DNA from: an uncultured virus (IMG/VR IMGVR_UViG_3300031851_000007)
Taxonomy: Duplodnaviria > Heunggongvirae > Uroviricota > Caudoviricetes
IMG/VR virus record: IMGVR_UViG_3300031851_000007
Location: 1 to 64,000 of that record
Reading direction: 5' to 3' (one strand)
DNA: 64,000 bases
The notes beneath the pieces were generated by a model. That model was not told the DNA's origin. It ran no database searches and saw only the letters and a list, made by a program, of their open reading frames with translations. The position numbers and the translations under genes are program-made. Of this stretch, positions 9,861-19,346 are shown in pieces (positions within the stretch are counted from its first letter, which is position 1; each line of letters opens with the position of its first letter).

Positions 9861-10445
9861 CTATTTTTCCAATCTATGCTGTATTCTATTGTGATTTTCT
9901 TCTGACTTACTTATTAAGTACGAAGGAAATTGTTCAGTAGTTACAGCAGTTAGATAATAATTATTTTCTTCTACAAACTCATTTACAGCATTAACTACTC
10001 CCCAAGAGGAATATTTATTATGATCTACGTAGTCGTGTCCTAGTATAAATCCATCTTGCTTTACACAATCGTTTACTGCTTGTAGATCTTTTTGGCATCC
10101 TTCATACGAATGATCTCCGTCAACATATACCCAATCTAATGTATTGGGCTTAACATGATTACATATGTTGTATGTTAATGTGCGTAAGAATTCTACATTA
10201 TATCTTGATAATCTATCCTGCACATCTTTAAATCGTTTGTCCCATTCTGTTTGATTTGCAAAGTACTTTCCTTGTATAGTTTTGTCAAGTACTGCAAAAA
10301 CATCAACACAATAATGTTTTTTTGGTTTTGTTAGTTTACATATAAGTTCACTAAAGTTACCTTTACCTACACCCATTTCGGCAGTCGTTGCACCTCTAGG
10401 CATAAGCTCTAAAAAATATTCTCTCTTTACTTTATAAACTTGCAT
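9861..10445 (-). CDS. Class I SAM-dependent methyltransferase (Methyltransf_24-like)
   Basis: EMGVGKG, VYVDGDHSYEG, GFILGHDY, GVVNAVNEF. Confidence 0.8.
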   Translation of the reverse strand: MQVYKVKREYFLELMPRGATTAEMGVGKGNFSELICKLTKPKKHYCVDVFAVLDKTIQGKYFANQTEWDKRFKDVQDRLSRYNVEFLRTLTYNICNHVKPNTLDWVYVDGDHSYEGCQKDLQAVNDCVKQDGFILGHDYVDHNKYSSWGVVNAVNEFVEENNYYLTAVTTEQFPSYLISKSEENHNRIQHRLEK

Positions 10446-10887
10446 CTTCCATCCCTGCTACTCGTAACTTAACAACATTTGTTATTTGCCATTGCTTCTG
10501 GTCAAGTCCTTTAAGTAGACCTAACCATTTGTTACGCATAAGAGCAAACTCGTTAATAATCTTTTCATAGTCAACAACGTCTGCCTCACCGTCTACGTAT
10601 TTTTCAACGTCACGGCTTGACAGAGCTCGTTGATAGTTTTCAAGATATTTCTTAAAATACGAGCTACGCAACCTACGTAGCTCGATATTTAAGTAATTTA
10701 GGATTGCTTCAATTTCTTGAAGCTGATTAAAGCGATGTTCAACTAAGCCAGGCATTTCTGCGGCAGCACGTTCAACATTGCCTTTGAGCTTTACTTCGAC
10801 ACGGGCTTGTATTAGCTCGTCTTCAAAGAACTGCACAGCACTAGGTATCTTAGATATGTCTCTTGATACTTCACTATACCAACCCAT
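10432..10887 (-). CDS. uvsY: Recombination mediator protein
   Basis: Helical 151-aa protein with KYVDGEADV and downstream of uvsX, as in T4-like phages. Confidence 0.7.
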   Translation of the reverse strand: MGWYSEVSRDISKIPSAVQFFEDELIQARVEVKLKGNVERAAAEMPGLVEHRFNQLQEIEAILNYLNIELRRLRSSYFKKYLENYQRALSSRDVEKYVDGEADVVDYEKIINEFALMRNKWLGLLKGLDQKQWQITNVVKLRVAGMEDASL

Positions 10888-11117
10888 TATTCATCCCATT
10901 CATCATCTTCGTCATCAGGATCATCATCCAATTCTAAATAATACAGTATTGCATTATCTAATTCGGCAGACGCACCTAGACATTCTTTTAATATATCATC
11001 ACCTATGCCGTAATCGGCTAGTAAATCTACATAACGTTCTGCAGATGCTTCTACTTGTTTCTTGTCAAGATATTCCTTAAACAACGTCCAAATTTCAACT
11101 ATTCTTTCTTCATCCAT
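10887..11117 (-). CDS. Small acidic hypothetical protein
   Basis: 76-aa ORF overlapping both uvsX and uvsY, consistent with translational coupling; acidic tail DDDPDDEDDEWDE. Confidence 0.7.
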   Translation of the reverse strand: MDEERIVEIWTLFKEYLDKKQVEASAERYVDLLADYGIGDDILKECLGASAELDNAILYYLELDDDPDDEDDEWDE

Positions 11118-12201
11118 TTATAGTAGCTTCCTCAATTTGATCAACAGTTGCTTCTTCGTCAACTTCATCGGTATTTACCACAGGAGCCATTTTCTCGTTG
11201 TATTCCGACATAATCAAATCAAGTTTTCCACCAATCATCCAAGCCTTGCGATATTCAAGAACTTCTTCGCCTGCTAGATTAATGTACTTGAGTCGATTAC
11301 CTTGCTTAGTTAACAAGCCTTTCTTTTCAAATAATTCAACAAGTCCGCTATAAGGATTCATGCCAGTTTCATAAGGAATCTTAACCTGCACACCTTCGAA
11401 AGGTTTTGCATAGCGTGTTTTCATTACTTTACAACCAGCTCTAATACCCATAACTTCTGAGATCTTATTACCGTCTTCGTCTTCTTTTAGTTTCAACTTC
11501 TTCATTGCAACAACAATACTTGATGCATAGATAAAGCCTGAACCACCACTAATCTTATCATCTGGATCAAACATATCCTGCGATGCATAAGTGTGGTTAG
11601 TACATACTAAGCCTACGTTAAGCGATCCAATCATATTAACAGTATTACGGACTAATGAAGTTAGTGCTTTAGGCTTACGACCCATATCACCTTTCATATC
11701 ACCCTTGTTAAACTGATCAACATCAGTAGGTGTTAGCAACATACCCAACGAGTCGATTACAAACAGTACCTTAGGACGGTCTTCTTCGTCCATTGCTTTA
11801 AAGTCTGTAATAAATGTTGAGATAGTTTTTGCTACATCATCAATCATTGACATGTTTAGTTTAAGAAGTTTTTCTTCACTAGTGTCAACGTCAAGGGCTT
11901 GTAGCCAGCTTTCATCAAGTGCGTTCTCTGAGTCAATTAGTACTACAAAGATGCCTTGATCTTGTGCGTGTTTTACAACATTACCTGAACAGAAATAACT
12001 CTTACCTGCTCCTGATTCGCCTGCAAACACAGTTACCTTACCTAGCGGAACACCTTTGTGAAAGTCGCCACTAATAAGATAGTTAAGTGCATATGAGCCT
12101 GTACTGATCCAATCTGTTGGATCATTAAAGCCACTACTCATGCCTGAGATACTTTTAGTTAAGTCCTTACGGAACTTACTTACATCAAATGATTTAGCCA
12201 T
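11110..12201 (-). CDS. uvsX: RecA-like recombinase
   Basis: Walker A GESGAGKS, IDSENA, Walker B FVIDSLG, NHTY, SGG, KTR; AGGAG RBS. Confidence 0.95.
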   Translation of the reverse strand: MAKSFDVSKFRKDLTKSISGMSSGFNDPTDWISTGSYALNYLISGDFHKGVPLGKVTVFAGESGAGKSYFCSGNVVKHAQDQGIFVVLIDSENALDESWLQALDVDTSEEKLLKLNMSMIDDVAKTISTFITDFKAMDEEDRPKVLFVIDSLGMLLTPTDVDQFNKGDMKGDMGRKPKALTSLVRNTVNMIGSLNVGLVCTNHTYASQDMFDPDDKISGGSGFIYASSIVVAMKKLKLKEDEDGNKISEVMGIRAGCKVMKTRYAKPFEGVQVKIPYETGMNPYSGLVELFEKKGLLTKQGNRLKYINLAGEEVLEYRKAWMIGGKLDLIMSEYNEKMAPVVNTDEVDEEATVDQIEEATING

Positions 12202-12231
12202 GTTTTCTCCTATCTAAAAAGCTGAACAATT

Positions 12232-12265
12232 AAAAAGGGTTGCAATTCAATAATGCAACCCTTTT
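12232..12265 (-). terminator. Intrinsic terminator between gp32 and uvsX, possibly bidirectional
   Basis: Inverted repeat AAAAGGGTTGCA...TGCAACCCTTTT with A/T tracts at both ends. Confidence 0.75.
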
Positions 12266-12280
12266 AGCTTGCTGTTATTA

Positions 12281-13273
12281 TTAACCTTGACGTGCTCTAA
12301 TCATTGCTAGAATGTCTTGTGCGCCGCCTTCTGCAGGTGCTTCGGCTGTTGGTGCTGCCGCTGGTGTTGCTTCTGCTACTACCGGAGCCGCTACTGGTGC
12401 TGGCGCTGGTGTTGGTGCAGGTGCACTTTGACTTACAGCAGTTGCCTGTGGTGATGCTGCCTTTTGCGGATCACCTGTACGTGCTTGCATGCCTGCAGGA
12501 CGGAAGTAATTACTCCAACGTTCTGCATCATATGCTTCACCATCTACTGATGCTTCAAACATTTCTTGCATTGCTTTTTGCGCTACTTCGTCTGGCTTTT
12601 TAGGAAGGAAGTCATTTAAGTTAAACAGTCCGTGTGTATTAACTGCTGCCATTTCATTATCAGCTAACGGACGCTCTCTACGTGCCCAATTACTTGTGCC
12701 ATAGTCTGCGTAGCCACCTTTCGATGTTTTGTTAAGACGGAAGTCCACACCAGCAGTATAATCTGTTGGTAATTCTTCCATATCAGGATCCATAAGTGCT
12801 TGCTTAATAATTTGGAAAATCTGTGGTCCAATAATAAATCTACGAATTGGATTCTCGGGTGTATTATCGTCTGCCAATGGATTATCTGTTACAAAGCCTT
12901 GGAATACGTATGAACGCTTTTTCCAATACTTACGACCCATATCTTCTAATGACGGATCTTTAAACCAACCACGTACTTCGTTTAGAATGTTACATGTTTC
13001 GCCGTACATTTCCATACATGGAATTTGTACTTGTACTGGACGCGAGTCAGTTTCGCCTTTAACACCTGCGAACGGAAGTTTGATCATCAAACGTTCTGCC
13101 CAGAAAAAAGTGTTATCTGCATTACCGTCTGGAAGGAAACGTAGAGTACCACTCTCGCCTTCTTTCATATTCCAAAATGGGTAAATTGCGTTGTCGCCGC
13201 CGCCTTGTGAACCACCTGATGAACGTGTTTCTTGTTCTTTGAGCTTTGCTCGGATTTCTGCTAATGATGCCAT
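12281..13273 (-). CDS. gp32: T4 gp32-like single-stranded DNA-binding protein
   Basis: LRFLP, RKYWKKRSY, GVDFRLNKT...GYADYGTS; located upstream of uvsX and uvsY; GGAGG RBS. Confidence 0.85.
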   Translation of the reverse strand: MASLAEIRAKLKEQETRSSGGSQGGGDNAIYPFWNMKEGESGTLRFLPDGNADNTFFWAERLMIKLPFAGVKGETDSRPVQVQIPCMEMYGETCNILNEVRGWFKDPSLEDMGRKYWKKRSYVFQGFVTDNPLADDNTPENPIRRFIIGPQIFQIIKQALMDPDMEELPTDYTAGVDFRLNKTSKGGYADYGTSNWARRERPLADNEMAAVNTHGLFNLNDFLPKKPDEVAQKAMQEMFEASVDGEAYDAERWSNYFRPAGMQARTGDPQKAASPQATAVSQSAPAPTPAPAPVAAPVVAEATPAAAPTAEAPAEGGAQDILAMIRARQG

Positions 13274-13361
13274 AGTTAATGCCTCCTATATGTTGTGCCT
13301 ATGTCGTGTTGTGTAGCTACATTGCTACGTTTGTGCCTTTTATGTTTGTAGCACAGTTATT

Positions 13362-13389
13362 AGTATAACATCTCTACAAACTTTGTCAA
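13362..13389 (-). promoter_or_regulatory. Sigma70-type promoter for gp32 (TTGACA-N16-TATACT, extended -10 TG)
   Basis: The minus strand reads TTGACA aagtttgtagagatgt TATACT in the intergenic gap upstream of gp32. Confidence 0.7.
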
Positions 13390-13435
13390 GTCTTTTTTTA
13401 AAGAAAAAACATAAAAACTTAAAGGGGTTAGCTGA

Positions 13436-15295
13436 TTATCTTAAACCAGCTAACTCTCTCATTCTGTCGTAATCGCCTGTGTCTGGTGCTTCCATTTGCT
13501 GTGGTTGTGTACGCATTTGGAATTCGTCAAACTTTGCTGTTATTTGTTCGATGAAAGCCTTAGCAGGATCTATGAACTGCTCTCCGTAGTCTTTTTCGAT
13601 CATTGTTAATACTGCTGTTTCGCCTTTTGGAAATACGCCGTTGTCTCTATCAAAGTAACTTAGTATGAATTCGCCTAATGGTGTCTTTTGTTCTTTTTCA
13701 AGTGTAATCTCGTCACCGTCTGGTCCGTCTATCTTGTCGCCTTTTTTCTTGCCGTTCATTTTAGCTTTTGCTACAGCACCTGAGTAGGCATTACCTTCTT
13801 CAGTTTCGCCCATCTTGTGACAACTATTACCTTTGCCTCTGCGATAACCTTTCCAGCACACTTTACCGTGACTACCTTTTTTCTTTTCTTCTGATACGTT
13901 CTTCCAACTTTGGTTACCGCACTCTTCACATACAGTATCTGAGAACTGACCCATAGTTTCTTCAAATGCTGCTTCTAGTTCAATTTCTTCTTTGGTCTTT
14001 TTATTCTTTTCAGCTTTGCTATACTTGTCTTTTAGTGCGCCTAGCTCTTCTTGTGAAGCGCCGTCACGTCCTGCGGCTGCTGCTTTGTCCATGTATTCTT
14101 TACCGTGCTTTTTAACACCAGTATGATACTGTAAGCCTGAACCTTCCATTACGTCTGGAATGCCGTTGCCGTTTTCGTCTTTCCACCAGCTACCTGTTTC
14201 ATCGTGCGAGTCGTGCTTGCAATCACAGTCTGGCTTACAGTTATGCATTTGACATCCGCAATCTTCACAAGTATACTTACTTGCTTGGAGCTTAGTCATT
14301 TTTTCTTCTAGCTCTTCTGGCCCTACTAATTTTGCTTTTGTAGCTTCGCCGATTAGTTTATATATGTACGGAAATACATCTGCTAGTTCTTCATTAAATT
14401 GTTTGATAGTTAATTCGTCAATCCAATTTTCAGCAACATCACTTGGAACATCTTCTAGAACTGGGGATTCAAATGCTTCAAATGTTTCTTTGTAATATGC
14501 TGGCTTTTGTAAGCTCTCGATTGTTTTCTTAACTGTAGCAATACGCTCTTTAACAATGTCCGTATATCCTGATAGGCTTTCTGCCATTACAGCTGAACGA
14601 CCCATATAATTTTTGAACTTGCGTAATTTTGCCATCTCTTCTGATAAGCCTACAATATGCTTACCAAAATCGTCATAGGCATTTCCACCTTCGCTAACAT
14701 GTCTAGCCATTGCTCTTGCACCACTAAGGTGTTTAAATGGATAACGGAATCGTTCACCGTCAGATGATTCAATATAAATCTTTCCTATTTTTTGTGTACG
14801 CCCTGTAGCAGTTTCTTGATTAACGCTCTCAGTGTGCTTAATCATTATACGTGCTTCACCTATCTTTTGGTAGCTTATACGTGATGTACCATATAACTTT
14901 GTTTCATTCATGTTATTGTCCCCAGACTTTTGAGCTAAAAATTTATAATCTCTTTTATTTAAATTTGACTTGTTTATATTTCTTGTATCAAAATTAAGCA
15001 AACGTTTACGTGCAAATTGTCTTAGCTCTTTCAAAAAATCGTACCAAGATTTTTTAGTTAATTCGTCTTCATTAGTTACTAACTCATTACTGTAAATAAC
15101 TGTAATTTCATTTTCGCTTACACTGATACTAACTTGCCCTAAGGACTTGTCATTTGCTGCAAACGGAAAATCAAAAAATCTAGCACTCATTGGATCGTTT
15201 GTAGGCGTAGCATCTTCGTCTCCGATTGTTACGTCCTTGAACCGTCCTCTTATTTTGCTAAACAATTCGTTGCTTATTTTGTTTAAGTCTTTCAT
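13436..15295 (-). CDS. Hypothetical protein, probably head-associated, with a charged Cys-cluster middle region
   Basis: 619-aa ORF downstream of terminase with a late-type TAAATA just upstream; contains CEDCGC...CDC, CEECG and CWKGY segments. Confidence 0.6.
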   Translation of the reverse strand: MKDLNKISNELFSKIRGRFKDVTIGDEDATPTNDPMSARFFDFPFAANDKSLGQVSISVSENEITVIYSNELVTNEDELTKKSWYDFLKELRQFARKRLLNFDTRNINKSNLNKRDYKFLAQKSGDNNMNETKLYGTSRISYQKIGEARIMIKHTESVNQETATGRTQKIGKIYIESSDGERFRYPFKHLSGARAMARHVSEGGNAYDDFGKHIVGLSEEMAKLRKFKNYMGRSAVMAESLSGYTDIVKERIATVKKTIESLQKPAYYKETFEAFESPVLEDVPSDVAENWIDELTIKQFNEELADVFPYIYKLIGEATKAKLVGPEELEEKMTKLQASKYTCEDCGCQMHNCKPDCDCKHDSHDETGSWWKDENGNGIPDVMEGSGLQYHTGVKKHGKEYMDKAAAAGRDGASQEELGALKDKYSKAEKNKKTKEEIELEAAFEETMGQFSDTVCEECGNQSWKNVSEEKKKGSHGKVCWKGYRRGKGNSCHKMGETEEGNAYSGAVAKAKMNGKKKGDKIDGPDGDEITLEKEQKTPLGEFILSYFDRDNGVFPKGETAVLTMIEKDYGEQFIDPAKAFIEQITAKFDEFQMRTQPQQMEAPDTGDYDRMRELAGLR

Positions 15296-15314
15296 AATGT
15301 ATTTATCAACTCTT

Positions 15315-16898
15315 TTAATAGTTTGTACTTATGAAGATTGGCATAGGCATATCAGATTCGTCTAAATCTTGTTCTGCTTGATTAAATGTATCATACACTC
15401 TTGGATCCCAATCTTTTAGTACTTCGATCATTCTTAATGATAGTAGTGTTGCACTTACTAAATCATCTGTCATTCCTGACTTTGCTTGATAGCTACTACC
15501 TGTAGCAACAAAACCTTTTAGTTCGCTAATCAATGGTTTAGACTGAATAGTCATTTTATCGTTTTCAACCATTGTCTTTAATCTACTACATGCTGTAATT
15601 TTTGTTCCATGTGTTGTGTTAAATCCTTTACGGAACTTACGTACATGTCCTTTACGTATGGGTTCACTTACAAATAGCCCGGGTATATTTTCTTCGCCAA
15701 AATCCTGTATTACAATTAAACATGCTTCACCGATACCATTGTTTTCAACTGACCAATATATACCTTGTGGATTATTAGTTTCTTGTTGTATGTAATTGCA
15801 AATATCTGCTAGTACTCTTATTTGCCCAGGAATAGCAGTTTGATTGTGTTGCCACTCTGCTACTTGTTCGTAACTAGGTAATTCAAATACTTGTATAGCA
15901 GCAAAGTCGCCGCCAGTGCCCATACTAGGATCAAGTGCTATACAGTACGTATATTGATTTGTAGGCTTTTTGTACCAACGTGTCTGGCCCATATTTATTG
16001 TAGGCGTTATACCTTCCATAGCCGCAAGTTTAATACTATTGATTAATGTTTCGTCAAATACTAAGAATTCACACCCGTATTCACGTCTAAACTTTTCTTC
16101 GCCGATACGTCCAATTTCTGCGGCTTTCCATTCTTCGTCTCTATCAGGATGTTCGTTCCATTCAGCAACAAAACTATGAAAGCCATTTGACCCTAGTTCA
16201 GTTTCATTGCCGTGTGCGTCAAACTTCTCTTCTGCTTGTTTCCAAATAGTAGCAAATGTGTCTTCGTCACTGTTAGGTGTACTAGTAATAATAGCACGAC
16301 CGCCTGTTGCTAGTGTAGGTGATATCGAAGTCCAAAACTCTTCTGCGATGTTAGGTTGCACAAACGCAAACTCGTCACAGTATAGTAATGAAATACTCAT
16401 ACCACGTCCAGTATTTCCAGTAGTTGTTTGTGCTACTATACGTGAACCATTTTCAAACTCAATTGAACCTTTATTGTAACTTGTAACTCCTGCTCTAATA
16501 TGATCTGGACATGTTTCGTATACAAAACGTATACGTGCCATAATTTCTTGCGCACCAGTATATTTGTGTGCTGCAACGAGTACAGTTTGGTCCGGAACAA
16601 ACATTGCATACCATGCTAGGTATATACTAGCACATGTGGTTTTGCCTGTTTGTCTAGGCATCATATTAATATTAAAGCGATAGCTGTGATACGAGTGCAT
16701 TAGACGTAACTGATATTCATACGGATCAAACAACAACTTGCCTTGTACAGGATGTTGTATGAATGCAAACTTACGAGCAAAGTATAAGTATCCTGTATCC
16801 GGATCCATACAGGCCATTAGGTCTGCAATTTGCTCTTCGTTAAATGTTTCTTGCTTGTTAGCCTTCTTAATAAGAACGCCATCTAATGATTTCGACAT
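15315..16898 (-). CDS. gp17: Terminase large subunit
   Basis: YEYQ, PRQTGKTT (Walker A), LYCDEFAF (Walker B), ITSTPN, ALDPSMG, VENN, DDLV. Start taken as the ATG at 16898. Confidence 0.95.
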   Translation of the reverse strand: MSKSLDGVLIKKANKQETFNEEQIADLMACMDPDTGYLYFARKFAFIQHPVQGKLLFDPYEYQLRLMHSYHSYRFNINMMPRQTGKTTCASIYLAWYAMFVPDQTVLVAAHKYTGAQEIMARIRFVYETCPDHIRAGVTSYNKGSIEFENGSRIVAQTTTGNTGRGMSISLLYCDEFAFVQPNIAEEFWTSISPTLATGGRAIITSTPNSDEDTFATIWKQAEEKFDAHGNETELGSNGFHSFVAEWNEHPDRDEEWKAAEIGRIGEEKFRREYGCEFLVFDETLINSIKLAAMEGITPTINMGQTRWYKKPTNQYTYCIALDPSMGTGGDFAAIQVFELPSYEQVAEWQHNQTAIPGQIRVLADICNYIQQETNNPQGIYWSVENNGIGEACLIVIQDFGEENIPGLFVSEPIRKGHVRKFRKGFNTTHGTKITACSRLKTMVENDKMTIQSKPLISELKGFVATGSSYQAKSGMTDDLVSATLLSLRMIEVLKDWDPRVYDTFNQAEQDLDESDMPMPIFISTNY

Positions 16899-16912
16899 AC
16901 AATTACTTATCC

Positions 16913-16940
16913 AAAAAAATAGCACCCGTAGGTGCTATTT
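16913..16940 (-). terminator. Intrinsic terminator with cUACGg tetraloop
   Basis: Minus strand AAATAGCACC-TACG-GGTGCTATTT running into a T7 tract, downstream of the 16972..17784 gene. Confidence 0.85.
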
Positions 16941-16971
16941 GGGTCCGCCCCGCTCAGTCGGTAGAACGTTC

Positions 16972-17784
16972 TTATTTCTTTTTAAACTGTGGAGGTACTA
17001 CGCCTTTTTTAGGCTTACTTCCACCTTTGCTTTTCTTGTCACTAGTTTTTTGATTTAAGAAAGCAGGCTTATCGTCATCAGTACCTTTTTTGCCATCTGG
17101 TCCTGCGCCCATAGGCATCTTCTTTTCAGCAAGTGCTGCCATTAGTGTTGCTTTGATTGCTTCAACAGCCATTGCGTTGTCGCCATCTTGTGTAGCAGCG
17201 TATGCTTTCTTCTTGCGGTTTAAGTCATTGCCATCTGGAATAGCATCATGTGTATCGCCATAACGTGCATCTGGTTCGTTATCATAACCTTCTTCAATGC
17301 CCATATTAGCTAGTAGTTCAGGCACCAGTTCTTCAGGATCAGTTTCACCGTCGTTGAATGTTTGACCTCTTTCAACTGCTAACTGTTCTAGTTCGCCGTA
17401 TAAGAACTTTCCTTCTGGTCCACCTTTAGCAATTAAATCCATTACCATTCGTGTTGGATTTTCTGCATTAGCAATCATATCAATAACAGCTTTTGTACCG
17501 CCTTCTTCAATTGCTTCGTCTTGGCCACCTGGCTCGTCTACAAGATCACGTAGTCTTTCCATGTCCATACGCATTGGCATATGATCAGGTGATACTTCTT
17601 TTGCATCCATTCCTGCGTTTTTCATCATATCAATTAAATCTTCTACATGCTCTTTGCCGCTTGCATTCATTGATACATTCATTGTTACTGGATTGCCTTT
17701 ATCCATTTCCGGAGCACCCATTGGAGGCATACCTGCTGGACCTTCAATTGCATCCATTGATTCAATTAGTTTTTTCATACTCAT
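16972..17784 (-). CDS. Acidic Met/Gly-rich hypothetical protein (candidate internal head/core protein)
   Basis: Low-complexity acidic sequence with a basic C-terminal tail, GGAGG RBS, inside the packaging/head cluster. Confidence 0.55.
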   Translation of the reverse strand: MSMKKLIESMDAIEGPAGMPPMGAPEMDKGNPVTMNVSMNASGKEHVEDLIDMMKNAGMDAKEVSPDHMPMRMDMERLRDLVDEPGGQDEAIEEGGTKAVIDMIANAENPTRMVMDLIAKGGPEGKFLYGELEQLAVERGQTFNDGETDPEELVPELLANMGIEEGYDNEPDARYGDTHDAIPDGNDLNRKKKAYAATQDGDNAMAVEAIKATLMAALAEKKMPMGAGPDGKKGTDDDKPAFLNQKTSDKKSKGGSKPKKGVVPPQFKKK

Positions 17785-17788
17785 AATA

Positions 17789-18346
17789 TCAGCCTCCTAC
17801 AACTGCTTTAGTGTTTTCTTTCATGTCAATATCAGCCGACTCACCTTGTGGTGCAGATTCTGCTGGATCATGTTCTCTTTCTTTACGTGCTGTTTCTAAC
17901 TCTTTCAACAAGCTCATAACTCTGTTATCGCCTACATTCTCTTGTGCGCTTTCGCCGCCCAGTTCTTCAGTAGTTAGTTTAGCTTCGTATGGAGCACTAT
18001 CTTTTAGTTCTTGATATTCTTCTCTAGGATCGTTAGCATTGCGTACAATTACGTGTGCTTGATCAATGTTGCAACATGTACCTACATACTCTTGTAGTAC
18101 TTGACTAGTAGTTGGATAGTTAACTTCTACTTCAAAGTACGTAACTTCGGTATTTTGTAATTGTGGAAAATCTAGTGGACGTTCTTGAATTGGTGTTTTT
18201 TTGCCGCTACTCATTTTAACTACACTAAATTTTTGCATTGCTGTTTCAAGTGCATCAGTAAAGTTTTCAGGCAGTTCGCCTGCAACTCCTACTTTAAATT
18301 CGTAAGTTTTTTTTGCTTCGTTTAATTTTTCTAAAAATGTGCTCAT
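17789..18346 (-). CDS. Hypothetical protein
   Basis: 185-aa ORF with AGGA RBS and upstream TAAATA (18368-18373). Confidence 0.7.
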   Translation of the reverse strand: MSTFLEKLNEAKKTYEFKVGVAGELPENFTDALETAMQKFSVVKMSSGKKTPIQERPLDFPQLQNTEVTYFEVEVNYPTTSQVLQEYVGTCCNIDQAHVIVRNANDPREEYQELKDSAPYEAKLTTEELGGESAQENVGDNRVMSLLKELETARKEREHDPAESAPQGESADIDMKENTKAVVGG

Positions 18347-18366
18347 GTAATACTATCCTATATGTA

Positions 18367-18870
18367 TTATTTATCTTTATCCATACCTTTTAGACGTTGA
18401 AGTAGACTATTTCTATCAGTGACTACATAGCCTTCGCCGTTAATCATACCGTCTTCGCTTGGTCCGCTATCTTTGTCTAACTTCTCTTTTTTAAGTTGTA
18501 AGTCGATCATCTTTAGTTTTTTGTCTAACTTAGCAACTTTAGCATCAAGTCCTGTTTTCAACATACCGCCTGCTACTTCAAATACACGCCCGCTATAACG
18601 ACTTTCAACATTCATACCTAAGTCCATTAAGTCTTCATATGCTTGCATAGCTTTATTTGCTACGTCATTAAGCTCTTTATCAGCTAGTTCACCTAATCCT
18701 TTTACTGCCGGCAATGCTGCTGATATTTTGTCAAACTCAGCCATGTCTCTAAATGCTTTTTGCTGTTGCTCAACTTCATAAGACTTTTGTTGGTCTTCTT
18801 GTTGCTCTGCATTTTCTACTATTTCTTTTGCGTCAGGCAGATTAAGTAAATCTTCTAGTTTTTTTGTCAT
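18367..18870 (-). CDS. gp16: Terminase small subunit
   Basis: The helical segment RVFEVAGGMLK...KMIDLQ resembles the RAYEVAGQLIK...LIDLQ pattern I recall for marine T4-like gp16; it lies close to gp17. Confidence 0.6.
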   Translation of the reverse strand: MTKKLEDLLNLPDAKEIVENAEQQEDQQKSYEVEQQQKAFRDMAEFDKISAALPAVKGLGELADKELNDVANKAMQAYEDLMDLGMNVESRYSGRVFEVAGGMLKTGLDAKVAKLDKKLKMIDLQLKKEKLDKDSGPSEDGMINGEGYVVTDRNSLLQRLKGMDKDK

Positions 18871-18908
18871 AGGACTTTTCCATTATATGCTACTATTATT
18901 TATCATAT

Positions 18909-19346
18909 CTACCTACGTCTACCTGTATGGAAAATATCTTCTTCGGTTACTATTCGAAATAATATGTTATTTTGTTTACAATAAGCCCTTGCAGCTTCCC
19001 ATTTTGCTTGATTTATAATATAATGTGCTTTATTATGTTGCGAGTTGCCTAATTTATCTCGGCGTGCTTGATTTGACGGTTTAACTTCAATTAGTTCTAC
19101 GTGTTGTTTTCCTTTAGCATCAGCATAGACTATAAAGAAATCTGGAACATATATTGTATGTTTTCCTGTAAGCGGATTTCTATAAGGAATACGTATTGCT
19201 TCACTAGCCCATTTTGCTACAGCAGGATGTTCGTCGCAAAATTTCATAAAGGTAAATTCCCAACCAGATCTATATGTTGGTGTTTTGTTACCCATATACT
19301 TGTCAGGGTTATTTAGATTAAATTTCCCTTGAGCAAATCTTCCCAT
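18909..19346 (-). CDS. gp4: Head completion nuclease (TnsA-like)
   Basis: NPDKY, YRSGWE, WASE, IPY, YVPDF, IEVKP, NQAKWEAA, VTEED. Confidence 0.9.
   Translation of the reverse strand: MGRFAQGKFNLNNPDKYMGNKTPTYRSGWEFTFMKFCDEHPAVAKWASEAIRIPYRNPLTGKHTIYVPDFFIVYADAKGKQHVELIEVKPSNQARRDKLGNSQHNKAHYIINQAKWEAARAYCKQNNILFRIVTEEDIFHTGRRR

Noticed and set aside
11110..16898. Inteins or introns in uvsX or terminase
   Set aside because: Both have normal lengths and continuous motifs, with no intein splice signatures or LAGLIDADG-like inserts.
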